Positions 19,816-29,700 of a stretch of 64,000 bases of DNA are shown here, one piece after another; position 1 is the first letter of the stretch; the number at the start of each line of letters is the position of its first letter. The position numbers and the translations under genes were made by a program. Source of the DNA: an uncultured bacterium. GTDB taxonomy: Bacteria; Electryoneota; Electryoneia; Electryoneales; Electryoneaceae. The stretch is from positions 6,097-70,096 of the forward strand of contig CAZKGR010000018.1 in the NCBI GenBank assembly GCA_964552465.1. Reading direction: 5' to 3'. The notes under the pieces were generated by a model. It ran no database searches. It saw nothing but the letters and a program-made list of their open reading frames with translations, and had not been told where the DNA came from.

Positions 19816-20379
19816 CTATTCTCCAGGTTCGTTATTTGGTTCGTCGTCAACGCCGAAGCCGATCCTTCTTTTCTTAGGAACAGGTACTTCTTTCGCTGGC
19901 GAGAGAATGTCCTTGATCATCGCAAGAAGCATAAGTTGCTGCTTTTCTGTCTGTTCCATCCGCTGATGGAGAAACTCAACCCCCGTTGTCAATTCCGAGG
20001 TTGTCAGCGCCTGGTCACGCATTTGCACAAATGAACGGATCATCATCACCATGGCGTGTTCGGCAGATTCTGAATCCAGCACCGTGGCTGCCATCAACGC
20101 ACCCCTTTCAGTGTATGCCAAGGGTAAAGATGATGAATATTTCAACGGTTGCAGATGTTCCGCCGCTTCCAGAACAAGGTCCTTCTCCTCTTTGGTTAAC
20201 CGGAAAACAAAATCGGCAGGGAATCGATTCTCGTTGCGACGTATCTGCTCGTTCAGACGGCGAGTTTCAACACCATACAATTCCGCCAGATCCCGGTCAA
20301 CTATGACACGTGTACCGCGGATTATGAATAGACGGCTTTGAATCTGACTTGGCGACACAATCAGGTTAGTCTCTTCCAT
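19816..20379 (-). CDS. ORF6N domain DNA-binding protein (phage antirepressor-like)
   Basis: IRG.RVIVDRDLAELYGVETRRLNEQIRRN..RFP.DF.FRLT.EE, LP.AYTE.G..M.ATVL.S, C-terminal KRRIGF. Confidence 0.92.
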   Translation of the reverse strand: MEETNLIVSPSQIQSRLFIIRGTRVIVDRDLAELYGVETRRLNEQIRRNENRFPADFVFRLTKEEKDLVLEAAEHLQPLKYSSSLPLAYTERGALMAATVLDSESAEHAMVMMIRSFVQMRDQALTTSELTTGVEFLHQRMEQTEKQQLMLLAMIKDILSPAKEVPVPKKRRIGFGVDDEPNNEPGE

Positions 20380-20513
20380 GCGAAACTCCGCTCAATCTGT
20401 AACGAATCTTCTGATTTTGCAAAGATAGGATGTGGTTCAGCACTTCGTGGTTTATTGAGAGCGGAAATGCCAAATCGTAATTGAAAATATGTCATTCCTT
20501 GAACCGACACTCA

Positions 20514-21371
20514 TCATAACCGTTCGAGCAGCAACTCGACGAAGCGATCAGCATGATCAAGCATCGTCCAGTGACCAGCTCCTTCAACCACATGTGTTGC
20601 TAGTTGGTTACGTTCAAGAAAATCGAGTGTGATCTCGGGGATCGATTCAGTGCCATAGACATACAGCTTCGGCGCACGGATCTTCAAGTATTCGCCACCA
20701 GCTTCATTCTCGCCGCTGCCATCATCAGTACGGCTTTTCAGATCGACCATCTCGTGGCAATCCTTGAGAAATGCTTGCGGGTCGCACATGCGCAACGAAT
20801 CCGGGTAGTGCTTCAGGTGCGGGTTTGCTTCAGCCCACAGACCCTCATAGCTGGTGCGCACGAACGCCGCGTACCATTCGGCAAAGTGACCACGATGGTC
20901 TGCTTTCACCGCCCGTGACGAGATGAACGCGTCCGCGCCGGTCAGGTTGCCTTCGATATTAATCAGGCCGAGCAGACGGACAGTTTCATGTGTCTTTTCT
21001 GCGCTCGGCTTGACTTCTTCCTGCTCAATCGCACGCACGAGATAAGTCGCGATCAGTCCGCCCAACGAGTGCCCGACCACGAGTAATGGCCCGCCGACTG
21101 TCTCCTCGATCAGAGCGTGCAGGTGCTGCACATGCTGCTGAATTTCGCCGCCCTTGCCCTTGTGCATCCGTGTACGACCATATCCGGGCAGATCTGGCGC
21201 GAGCAGGGTGAAGTCACCAAGACGATCATTAGCGAAGAACGGTTTCCAGCATAACGATGAGTCGCCGAGGCCGTGGATGAACAGGATGGTCGGTTGCGCG
21301 TAGTCGCCTTGCTGCGAGCGGACGCACAGTTCGATGTCGGGTGATGTGGCGATGTGGATCAGGTTTGACAT
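20514..21371 (-). CDS. Alpha/beta fold hydrolase
   Basis: ILFIHGLG, APDLPGYG, GHSLGG nucleophile elbow, GAGHW catalytic His. Confidence 0.9.
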   Translation of the reverse strand: MSNLIHIATSPDIELCVRSQQGDYAQPTILFIHGLGDSSLCWKPFFANDRLGDFTLLAPDLPGYGRTRMHKGKGGEIQQHVQHLHALIEETVGGPLLVVGHSLGGLIATYLVRAIEQEEVKPSAEKTHETVRLLGLINIEGNLTGADAFISSRAVKADHRGHFAEWYAAFVRTSYEGLWAEANPHLKHYPDSLRMCDPQAFLKDCHEMVDLKSRTDDGSGENEAGGEYLKIRAPKLYVYGTESIPEITLDFLERNQLATHVVEGAGHWTMLDHADRFVELLLERL

Positions 21372-21419
21372 GAGTTATGAATCATGAGTTGTGAGCAATG
21401 AGCTGTAAGCTATGAGCAA
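21371..21419. repeat. Degenerate heptamer tandem repeat, 7 units
   Basis: tgagtta tgaatca tgagttg tgagcaa tgagctg taagcta tgagcaa, abutting the hydrolase start. Confidence 0.8.
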
Positions 21420-21421
21420 AG

Positions 21422-21465
21422 ATGTGGTTTGCCCCAACAGCTCGCAAGTCGGGCTCATTGAAGGT
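21422..21465 (-). repeat. Short palindromic element, copy 2
   Basis: Minus strand reads accttcaatgagcccgacttgcgagctgttggggcaaaccacat, matching 18180-18224. Confidence 0.75.
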
Positions 21466-21559
21466 TTATCCCTGCGAACCGCATACGGACGCGGGTCACA
21501 GGGGCATATTTAGCGTTCGGTTATCCGCGCTTGCTAGCAAGCACGGGCCTGTTATTTTT

Positions 21560-21601
21560 CTCCAGTCTCCAGTCTCCAGTCTCCAGTCTCCAGTCTCCAG
21601 T
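21560..21601. repeat. Perfect (CTCCAGT)6 tandem repeat
   Basis: Six exact copies counted, ending 9 nt from the comEC stop codon. Confidence 0.97.
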
Positions 21602-21609
21602 CTGAGTTA

Positions 21610-23958
21610 CTACCACCACTGAGAGTGAGATATGGGAACGAGTTGCCCATCACGCAACTCAAACAACAGCGCCCCCTGCTGATCGGTACGCATGATCGTT
21701 GCATCGGCTTCATCCGCACGGTCCAGGACTTCACGTGTCGGATGACCGTAAGGATTATTTCGACCGCAGGAAATCGCCAGATACTGCGGATTCAGGATCT
21801 GCAACCATTCAGTCGACGTCGAGCTGCGGCTACCGTGATGACCAGCTACCAGCAGGTCGATCTCGGTGAACGAGAAGGAATCTAGCAGACCGAGCTCGAC
21901 CTCATTAGGCGCGTCACCGGGAAACACCCCGGACACAGAACCGGCATGCCATACCCAGACCAAAGATTGCTCGTTGTCGCTGAGGGCTGGATCAGCTTCA
22001 GCTGTAGCAGGATACAGGCACAGCAGTTTGCCCCACGGTCCGCTTACGGTCAACTGAGCACTTCCGATACGTACATCGGTACCCGATTCACGTAGCGCGT
22101 GAATCGCAGCCGCGCCAGCCCGATCCCGAGCCGTCCCCGGTCCAACCAGCGCCGCCTTCACATTCACCTGCCGCACGAGTTCGGGGACCGCACCGCAATG
22201 GTCAGCGTCACCGTGTGAGATCAGCAGCAGGTCAAGATCACGTATCCCCAGCCGTCGCAATTGATCAACCGCCGCACTTGAGTATTCGGGTCCGGAATCA
22301 ATCAAAACCGCCCGCTGCCCGGACCGGATCAAGACCGCATCTCCCTGCCCGACATCGATCACGGCCAGCTTGATCCGGTTGTCAGGCAACCACAAGGAAC
22401 CAAACACAACAATCACCAACGCCGCCACTCCAATAAGAACTGCGCCGGATGATGCTTGCCTGGCTATCCGCCTGGTTCCGAAGGCGACTACCAGCAGCAC
22501 GATTCCCGCGATAATCCCGAACGACACCGGCATATGGTTCAGCGATGGTAAATTCACCGCTGCTGTGTCTGCCAGGCCAGCCGTCGCGCGTAGCAGGATA
22601 TCCATGGATTCGCCGAACACACTCGCCAGCCACGGCCACCATCCGACAAATACCATTACCCATCCCGCGGTCAACGCGAGTGTGACAGTCAGAAGCGCTG
22701 GTAATGTTATCAGCGGACCGAGCAGCGGCAATCGTCCGAAATGCACTGCCAGCACGGGTGCGGTGAACAGCCATGCGTAAACTGAGACGACAAATGCGAG
22801 CATGATCCGACGTGACCACAGGTGAATGAACCTGCGACGTTGGGTTGCATATTTCCTTTGCGGTGAACCGAGGTCGCGGAAATACTGCGCAGCGAAAACC
22901 GATCCAAATGTACCCGCGAAACTGAGTTGAAAGCCGACATCATACAGTCCTGTTGGACGTATGAACAGCATGATCAGGTATGCGAGCGCGAGGATGTGAA
23001 ACGGGTCGCTGTTTCGTTGGATGGCGCGTCCGATCACCGCCACGCTGATGATGATCGCAGCACGAACCACCGGTGGATTGGCACCAGTCAACGGTACCAA
23101 CACTATCAATACAGGCAAGGCGAGCAGCGAAGTTATCCGTGGCCCGAATCCCAGCCATGACAACGCGCTGATCACAATCGCGATGATTAACGCAACATGC
23201 ATTCCCGAAATCGCGAACAGGTGCATCAGGCCGGATAACGCCACTCGATCACGTAGCTCATCCTCCCAACGTGAACGGTCACCAATGAGCAGCGCCTGCG
23301 CCAAGGGTTGAGTTGTGGGGGAGAGGTAGCTGTGGATAGCGTGGTCAATTCCGATCCGCCATTCGCCAACAATTTGACGTGTCCACCCACCCCAAAATCG
23401 TTGGACACCGAGCGGTTCAACATGACGAACCGAGCGCAGCATGGTGTGTACATCCCGGTTCGCCCAATAGCCGCGCCAGTCAATGTCGCCTGGATTACGT
23501 GGACCAACAAAGGTTTCCATGCGCGCGATCATCCGCACGTATTCACCCGGTTGTAAACGCACACCCAGAGAATCGGATAGATACACAACTGCACCCGCAT
23601 CTAGTTCGCCGCCACGTTCTCCTGCCCACCAGCGATGCATGCTGACCCGGTACCGCAGACGGTCATCATAGCGCTCTATCGGAATGCGCACCGTGCCTTC
23701 AACCCAGACCCGGCCTTCGGGAAGCGTGGGAGGTGGTTCAGGCACGCCGAGTAACCAGCCAAGACTCGCAAACGTTGCGAGCAAAAGCAGGATCTTAAAT
23801 GTTGATGGGGCTTTGAAGCGGAGAAAAATCCCCGTCAGCATCAGCAAACCGACGGGGACAAACAAGTATACACGTGATATTACTGCGTCCGGAGCGAGCA
23901 GCAAGCCGATGGTAAAAGCAATTGCTGCGAAGACTGTTCCACGCCCCGGCGGATTCAT
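21610..23958 (-). CDS. comEC: DNA internalisation competence protein ComEC/Rec2
   Basis: OB-like N-domain (PRNPG..D), SGL.HLFAISGMHV, GFQLSF, multiple TMs, MBL domain (DVGQGD, SHGDADH, GHHGS, N.YGHP). Confidence 0.95.
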   Translation of the reverse strand: MNPPGRGTVFAAIAFTIGLLLAPDAVISRVYLFVPVGLLMLTGIFLRFKAPSTFKILLLLATFASLGWLLGVPEPPPTLPEGRVWVEGTVRIPIERYDDRLRYRVSMHRWWAGERGGELDAGAVVYLSDSLGVRLQPGEYVRMIARMETFVGPRNPGDIDWRGYWANRDVHTMLRSVRHVEPLGVQRFWGGWTRQIVGEWRIGIDHAIHSYLSPTTQPLAQALLIGDRSRWEDELRDRVALSGLMHLFAISGMHVALIIAIVISALSWLGFGPRITSLLALPVLIVLVPLTGANPPVVRAAIIISVAVIGRAIQRNSDPFHILALAYLIMLFIRPTGLYDVGFQLSFAGTFGSVFAAQYFRDLGSPQRKYATQRRRFIHLWSRRIMLAFVVSVYAWLFTAPVLAVHFGRLPLLGPLITLPALLTVTLALTAGWVMVFVGWWPWLASVFGESMDILLRATAGLADTAAVNLPSLNHMPVSFGIIAGIVLLVVAFGTRRIARQASSGAVLIGVAALVIVVFGSLWLPDNRIKLAVIDVGQGDAVLIRSGQRAVLIDSGPEYSSAAVDQLRRLGIRDLDLLLISHGDADHCGAVPELVRQVNVKAALVGPGTARDRAGAAAIHALRESGTDVRIGSAQLTVSGPWGKLLCLYPATAEADPALSDNEQSLVWVWHAGSVSGVFPGDAPNEVELGLLDSFSFTEIDLLVAGHHGSRSSTSTEWLQILNPQYLAISCGRNNPYGHPTREVLDRADEADATIMRTDQQGALLFELRDGQLVPISHSQWW

Positions 23959-23959
23959 C

Positions 23960-25336
23960 TCAGCTCACTCGTTTCACCTTTACTACAAGACGGGTGGCTT
24001 CAGTAACTACGATTTCATCACCCTCAGAAATCGTTTCGCCGCCAACTGCTTCCGCCTTCCAGTATTCGCCACCGATCTTTACTTTGCCCCGCGGATCGAG
24101 ATTATTGACTACCGTGCCGTGTTCGCCGACAAGGCCTTCATGACCGGTAGTCACCTTGTTCTTTTGCGCACGGAGCGCCATTGTCAAGGCGAATGTGAAG
24201 AACGCCACCGTGACAACTACCGTCGGGATAATCACACCCCACGATACCTGCATATCCGGCACATCCGTGTCAATCAGCAGTACTGATCCCATGATTAACG
24301 AGACAGTCCCGCCAAAAGTGAGAAATCCAAAGCTGGTCACATACACCTCCAGCACAAACATGACAATCGCAAGCACGATCAGCAGCAAACCTGCCCAACT
24401 GATCGGAAGGGTTTGCAACGCAAAGAACGCGAGGATCAACGCGATCACACCGACCACACCGGGGATGATCGCCCCAGGATTGTAAAGTTCAAATATTAGA
24501 CCGTAAAAGCCAATGAGCATCAGGATATACGCGAGATTTGGATTCGCGAGTGTGCTGAGGAAATCCTCACGCCAGGTCGCTTCAAACTCCTCGACGTGGG
24601 CATCCTTCGTGTCGAGAATCTGTTCATGAGTTCCGACCTCGACGATCATACCGTCCATCTGCTCGAGCAAATCGTCCACATCGTCCGCAATGAACTCGAT
24701 GACATTCAACTCGAGCGCTTTCGTCGCAGTGATCGAAGCTGCTTCAACCACCGCCTGCTCGGCCCAGTCGGCGTTACGGTTCCGTTTCTCCGCCATCGCA
24801 CGGACATTCGCGATCGCGTCATTGGTCACTTTACGGCGCATCGCCTCGGCATCCGACTGTGCGACTTCGCTCGTATCGGTAGTCGTCGGAGTGTCACCCA
24901 TTCCGACTGGTGTTGCAGCGCCGATGTTGGTTGAGGGTGCCATTGCCGCAACATGCGCGGACATCGTGATGAATACCCCGGCAGAACCCGCGCGAGCACC
25001 ATCCGGAGCCACATAAACCACAACCGGTACTGGACTGTTGAGAATCGTCTTGGTAATGTCGTGCGTCGATTCCAGCAGACCGCCAGGCGTGTCGAGTCGA
25101 ATGATCAATGCTTCCGCAACAGCATCGTCAGCACGCTCGATGGCACGTTCCAACCGCTGAGTAACTATCGAGTGAATCGCACCTTCGACAGTCATCAAGT
25201 GGACAATCGCGCGACTGTCCTCACGATCAGCGACTTGAGCAGTATCGTTCTCAGTCGCAGTGCTGTCAGTCTGTGCAATGACGAAACCCGTTATCAGCAG
25301 GCACGCAAACAACATTATGAATATCAGGCGTTTCAT
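23960..25336 (-). CDS. NfeD family membrane-bound serine protease (long form)
   Basis: LDTPGGL, ARAGSAG.FI, AAMAPSTNIGAATPV ClpP-like domain; TM bundle; C-terminal OB fold (G.VKIGGEYW.A). Confidence 0.93.
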   Translation of the reverse strand: MKRLIFIMLFACLLITGFVIAQTDSTATENDTAQVADREDSRAIVHLMTVEGAIHSIVTQRLERAIERADDAVAEALIIRLDTPGGLLESTHDITKTILNSPVPVVVYVAPDGARAGSAGVFITMSAHVAAMAPSTNIGAATPVGMGDTPTTTDTSEVAQSDAEAMRRKVTNDAIANVRAMAEKRNRNADWAEQAVVEAASITATKALELNVIEFIADDVDDLLEQMDGMIVEVGTHEQILDTKDAHVEEFEATWREDFLSTLANPNLAYILMLIGFYGLIFELYNPGAIIPGVVGVIALILAFFALQTLPISWAGLLLIVLAIVMFVLEVYVTSFGFLTFGGTVSLIMGSVLLIDTDVPDMQVSWGVIIPTVVVTVAFFTFALTMALRAQKNKVTTGHEGLVGEHGTVVNNLDPRGKVKIGGEYWKAEAVGGETISEGDEIVVTEATRLVVKVKRVS

Positions 25337-26745
25337 GATTCAGCATCCTCCAGTCCCGCACTCAGCAACTTAATTACTTCGTCGCGAGATTCGATGGATA
25401 GAGTGCGGGCATCCAGATGAAACCCGCCATCTTTAAGATACCCGATCAATGGGACATCCGCGAGCCTTAAAGCGGTTTGTAACGTCTTCAAGCGACCCTG
25501 TGAACCGGTGAACACTATCGCACAGCTTGGTAATTCTTCCTCAGGCAGACTACCTCCGCCGACGTAGGAGGTAGATGGTTGAATCGAGACATTTAGCTTG
25601 CAGGATCTGGTAACTGGTGCTACGGAATCCAGTACCGGCTGCAGCCAGGATTCCAGATTTGCAACGGATTTGCCAAGCATCTCCCACACGGGGAGGTTCT
25701 GCTTGTGTGTACCGGTCAGATATTCGCGCAACGTAGCCGACAATGCCGCAAACGTCAGCTTGTCCGGACGCACGGCCCGCATTAATGGATGCTTGCGCAT
25801 CTTCTCAATTGTAGTAGCTTTACCCACCGTTATTCCTGCCTGCGGCCCGCCAAGCAGCTTGTCACCACTGAGGGTGACCACATCAGCACCTGCGTCAACG
25901 CTATCGCGGACAAGCGCTTCAGGTGGTAATCCGGCGAGAGCGCTAACGTCATCAAGCGCACCGCTACCCAAATCATCAACTACGGGCACACCATGCTCGG
26001 CACCAAGCGCCACCAGTTGATCGAGTGATGTATCCTCGGTGAATCCAATCACCCGGAAGTTCGACGGATGCACTCGCAGCAGTAAGCCTGTTTTTGATGA
26101 GATCGCTTCTGAGAAATCCGACAGGCGGGTGCGGTTTGTGGTGCCAACCTCGTGGAGTTTCGCACCCGACACCTTGCATATGTCCGGAATGCGGAAACTG
26201 CCGCCGATCTCGACAAGCTGGCCGCGGCTGACAATTACTTCTTTCCGTTTCGCAAGCGTGGTCAAGGCAAGCAGCACTGCGGAGGCGTTGTTATTGGTAA
26301 CCAGTGCATCTTCTGCGCCAGTCAGAGCGAGCAACATCTCGCGGACCAAGTTGTGACGCGACCCGCGCCGACCCCGTTCGAGATCGTATTCCAGGGTGGA
26401 ATAACCGCTTGCTACCGCGTTCATTTCGACAATTGCAGCTTCGCTGAGCGGTGCACGACCGAGATTGGTGTGGATGATGACACCGGTGCCGTTTAGCACA
26501 CGGCGGAGTGGCGAACGGAACCGCTTTTCGAGTTCATCATGAGCAATACGGGCGAGGTCAGAGGCGTCTGGAATGATGCTGTCCGCATCATCGAGAACCA
26601 TTTGACGAGTTTCGTCCAGCAGCTCACGGATTGTCTCTACCACGAGCGTTGAGTTACGCCATACCCCAAGTTCATCTCGATTCAATACAAGATCAACTTT
26701 TGGGAGGTGACGTAGTCGTTCGTTATGTGAAGAGTTATTAGTCAT
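25333..26745 (-). CDS. selA: L-seryl-tRNA(Sec) selenium transferase
   Basis: VLNGTGVIIHTNLGRAPL, LEYDL..G.RGSR, VTNNNASAVLL, SRGQLVEIGGSFRIP, EVGTTNRT, SGDKLLGGPQAGI. Confidence 0.97.
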   Translation of the reverse strand: MTNNSSHNERLRHLPKVDLVLNRDELGVWRNSTLVVETIRELLDETRQMVLDDADSIIPDASDLARIAHDELEKRFRSPLRRVLNGTGVIIHTNLGRAPLSEAAIVEMNAVASGYSTLEYDLERGRRGSRHNLVREMLLALTGAEDALVTNNNASAVLLALTTLAKRKEVIVSRGQLVEIGGSFRIPDICKVSGAKLHEVGTTNRTRLSDFSEAISSKTGLLLRVHPSNFRVIGFTEDTSLDQLVALGAEHGVPVVDDLGSGALDDVSALAGLPPEALVRDSVDAGADVVTLSGDKLLGGPQAGITVGKATTIEKMRKHPLMRAVRPDKLTFAALSATLREYLTGTHKQNLPVWEMLGKSVANLESWLQPVLDSVAPVTRSCKLNVSIQPSTSYVGGGSLPEEELPSCAIVFTGSQGRLKTLQTALRLADVPLIGYLKDGGFHLDARTLSIESRDEVIKLLSAGLEDAES

Positions 26746-26769
26746 GTAGTCGTAGCGATGAGTTGTGGT

Positions 26770-29700
26770 TCAACTCTGACCTTTTGTGCGACCGAACGGA
26801 ATCTGCTTGGCGGCATCAGTGACAGCCCCGATCTTGACCGCATAGCTGCTACGGTTCTGGATATCTTCATCAGTCACAAAATGTACGTCGAGCAAGCCGT
26901 CTGTGCGGTATCCAGTGCGCAGATAGTTCATCTCAGCCAATGCAGCCGACCACCCCTCGAGCCATCTGAGCAGAGCTTTCCGATCCTTGGAATCCTCGGT
27001 TACATGCAGCAGTAGGTCTATGTCGCTGCCCGCAGCAGCGGTGCCGTTTTTCGTACTGCCGAAGATGTAAAACGCCTTGATGCCAAACTCACCAGGTTCG
27101 AGACGGCTGGCGATACGTTCCGACATCCGGTATCTCCAACGCCAATGGTCATCATCAACACTTGTGTCGACGGGAATCTCGTCTGTGTATTGAGCTGTCA
27201 TTGCTTCAGGATCGAGTTCTTGCGTTGGAGTAGTGAAAACAGCCACCGCCTGCTCGAGATCAGCATTCATGAACACTTTCAATATTTTACCGCCAACCGA
27301 GTGTTGCACGTCAATCACACGAACTACCTTTTCCAGATCCTCAAACTCTGGTAGCATTTGAGAAAGGATGTTTGCGCTCTTGGTCAGGATACGTTCATTG
27401 AACGCATTGTTTGCTTCATCGGGATACAACGGGAGATAACGGATTGACGATTCGACCAGATCCTGGAAGAAATGGGTACCAAAAGACAGGTCGGGGACAT
27501 AATTGCCCTTCTTGCGAGCGATCTCGATCAACATCGCTGTGTTGTTAATGTCGCTGTAGGTGATGCTCACGCCGAGCTTGATGTCACCACGACTGCCCCA
27601 ACGTCCCGGCCCCATCAGAATGAACTGGCGTTTCGGAAGCAACTTGTTCAACGCTCCCACCGCTCGCGCTACTCGCAGCATTTTTTTCTTGTCTTCAAGA
27701 TCGCCGTACGCCGATGGATCAACATATACGACATATTGAATGTCCGGCACCCAGCCGTTGGAAACGAATTTGCTCGCTGAGAAGAGGATCGCACTTTCAG
27801 GGATGTCGGTTGGAATTGGCTGTGGCCGAGTGTATTCTCCGTGGCTTTGTGGGCGACATTGCAACAAGTAGAAAAACTTACCGTCATGTGCAAATTCAAT
27901 GTCTACCGGTACTTTGAATGACTCTTCAAGCGTGGTCATTACATTGCGCATGTGCTGCATGAACGGTGAATTGTGGATCAAGCCCTCAAACGTGACCGCG
28001 TATTCCTTCTCTGCGAAATCGAGATTGAAAAGGTTCGGCTGACGCATGTAATCCCCTTCAATCTCGGAAACGATTTCAGTGATCCGCGGGAATGCGTCTC
28101 CGTGCTCATGCAGAAAATCCTTGATTGCAACTGTGACAAATTCATTGCGGTCAAGATCAATTACATCCATGTTGCGGGGCGCGTAACGGACATTCTCTTC
28201 GACTGTTGCGTTAACGCGTAACGATGGTTGACCCGGAGTCGCGAGAATGCAATAATCGTCACTGAGTCGATCGACCGCACGTGTCCCCAAGCCCGGCACC
28301 AATCGGATCAATCCATCCTCACGTTTGATCCGGGGAGACCAACGAAACTCGTTGTTGCTGAATGCGACACCGGCAAACGCAGGCAGATAGTATTTACCTA
28401 CCTGTGTACCTACCACCTCCTGGATCAGGATGCCCATCTCCTCATGGAAGTCGAGAAGACCACGCTCAGCCCGGTACTCAATCGGATCGCTGCCGAAGGT
28501 GGATGAATACACCTCCGCAATCGCATCCATCAGTGCTTCCAGACGGTCATTCTTGCTGCCACGGTTGGCGAGGAACAAACTGGTGTATTTGCCGGAAAAC
28601 GCAGAACCCAGCCGATCCTCCAGCAAACTGGAACTGCGGACGATGATCGGACTGTCGCCGAAATCGTCCAAAGCCATGGACAGACCGGGAATAATCTCCG
28701 GCGGTACATGCGAGACCTTGAACAGGTGCACAATGTGGGGATACTCCTGACGGGCCTGCTCGATGTCTTTGTACTTCTGTTCGGTGACTTCTTCGAGATT
28801 GTTGTGATGCAAGAAGCTATGCAGGCCATCCGAGGTGATATACCACGTTTTCGGCAGCTTAACCTCAGCGTACTCCGGGAATTCATCTATGGCACGTTGG
28901 ATCATTTTCCACGCGAGATACATTCCGGCACCTTTACCGCCGAGCTTGCCGTGGCTGTTTACCGGGTGAATTAACCTTGGAATCAACTGAATGAAATCCT
29001 TGATCTCGACATAGTGTTTCGCAATCTGAATGAAGTCCAGCTGATCACTAAGGAATCGACGCGCCATCGCCACCTTTACACCTTTGCGCGTGGATTCTGG
29101 CAGTTCTATGGTGTCCAGCGACAGGTGATGAAAGCGACGGATAGCGTCCGAGATGTCGGTGAGGGTACTGTTAAGGTTGATCAACGTCCGCACGAGAAAA
29201 CTAGCACGGTTTTCCTGAAGATATTTCTGCACTAGCTCGAATATTTCAAGGTCCGAGAGATTCTCTTCCGCGACCCGGAATATCTCATCGCTCAAGGCCA
29301 AAATGTCGAATGTCTTTGACTGGTGAACAGGACGGTTTGGATCGTCATCAATCTCATTGCGACGGACACTCGATCCCAGAGTGGCCAGGATTTCGTCCGC
29401 TTCAACAACGCCCTTCCAACACAGATGATTCATCATTTTTCGAGCAACTACAAGGAACAACTCCTGATCAGTTCGGCGTAACAGATCGACAACGACCTGC
29501 CACTCACCCTCGCGCTTTATCTCCTTGCGGGCAGAATCCCAATCTACAACAACTAATTTCAATTGCTTGTGTAGCAGGAAGTGACCGATACGTTCAGCGA
29601 TAGTGTCGAGCAGCTTGATCTCTTCCTTGAGGAATGGTCCTTGATCTTCGTTAGGCATTTCACGCGTGTAGAATACCTCGATGTGGCCAAGTGTGCTGTC

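Noticed and set aside
19816-20379. Prophage around the ORF6N gene
   Set aside because: No structural, replication or integrase genes nearby.
21371-21601. Repeat arrays as a CRISPR locus
   Set aside because: Units are contiguous 7-mers with no spacers, and no cas genes are in the window.
6069-26745. Selenoprotein (UGA read-through) prompted by selA
   Set aside because: The redox motif seen is CGPC with ordinary Cys codons. I found no UGA-interrupted ORF, though I did not scan exhaustively.
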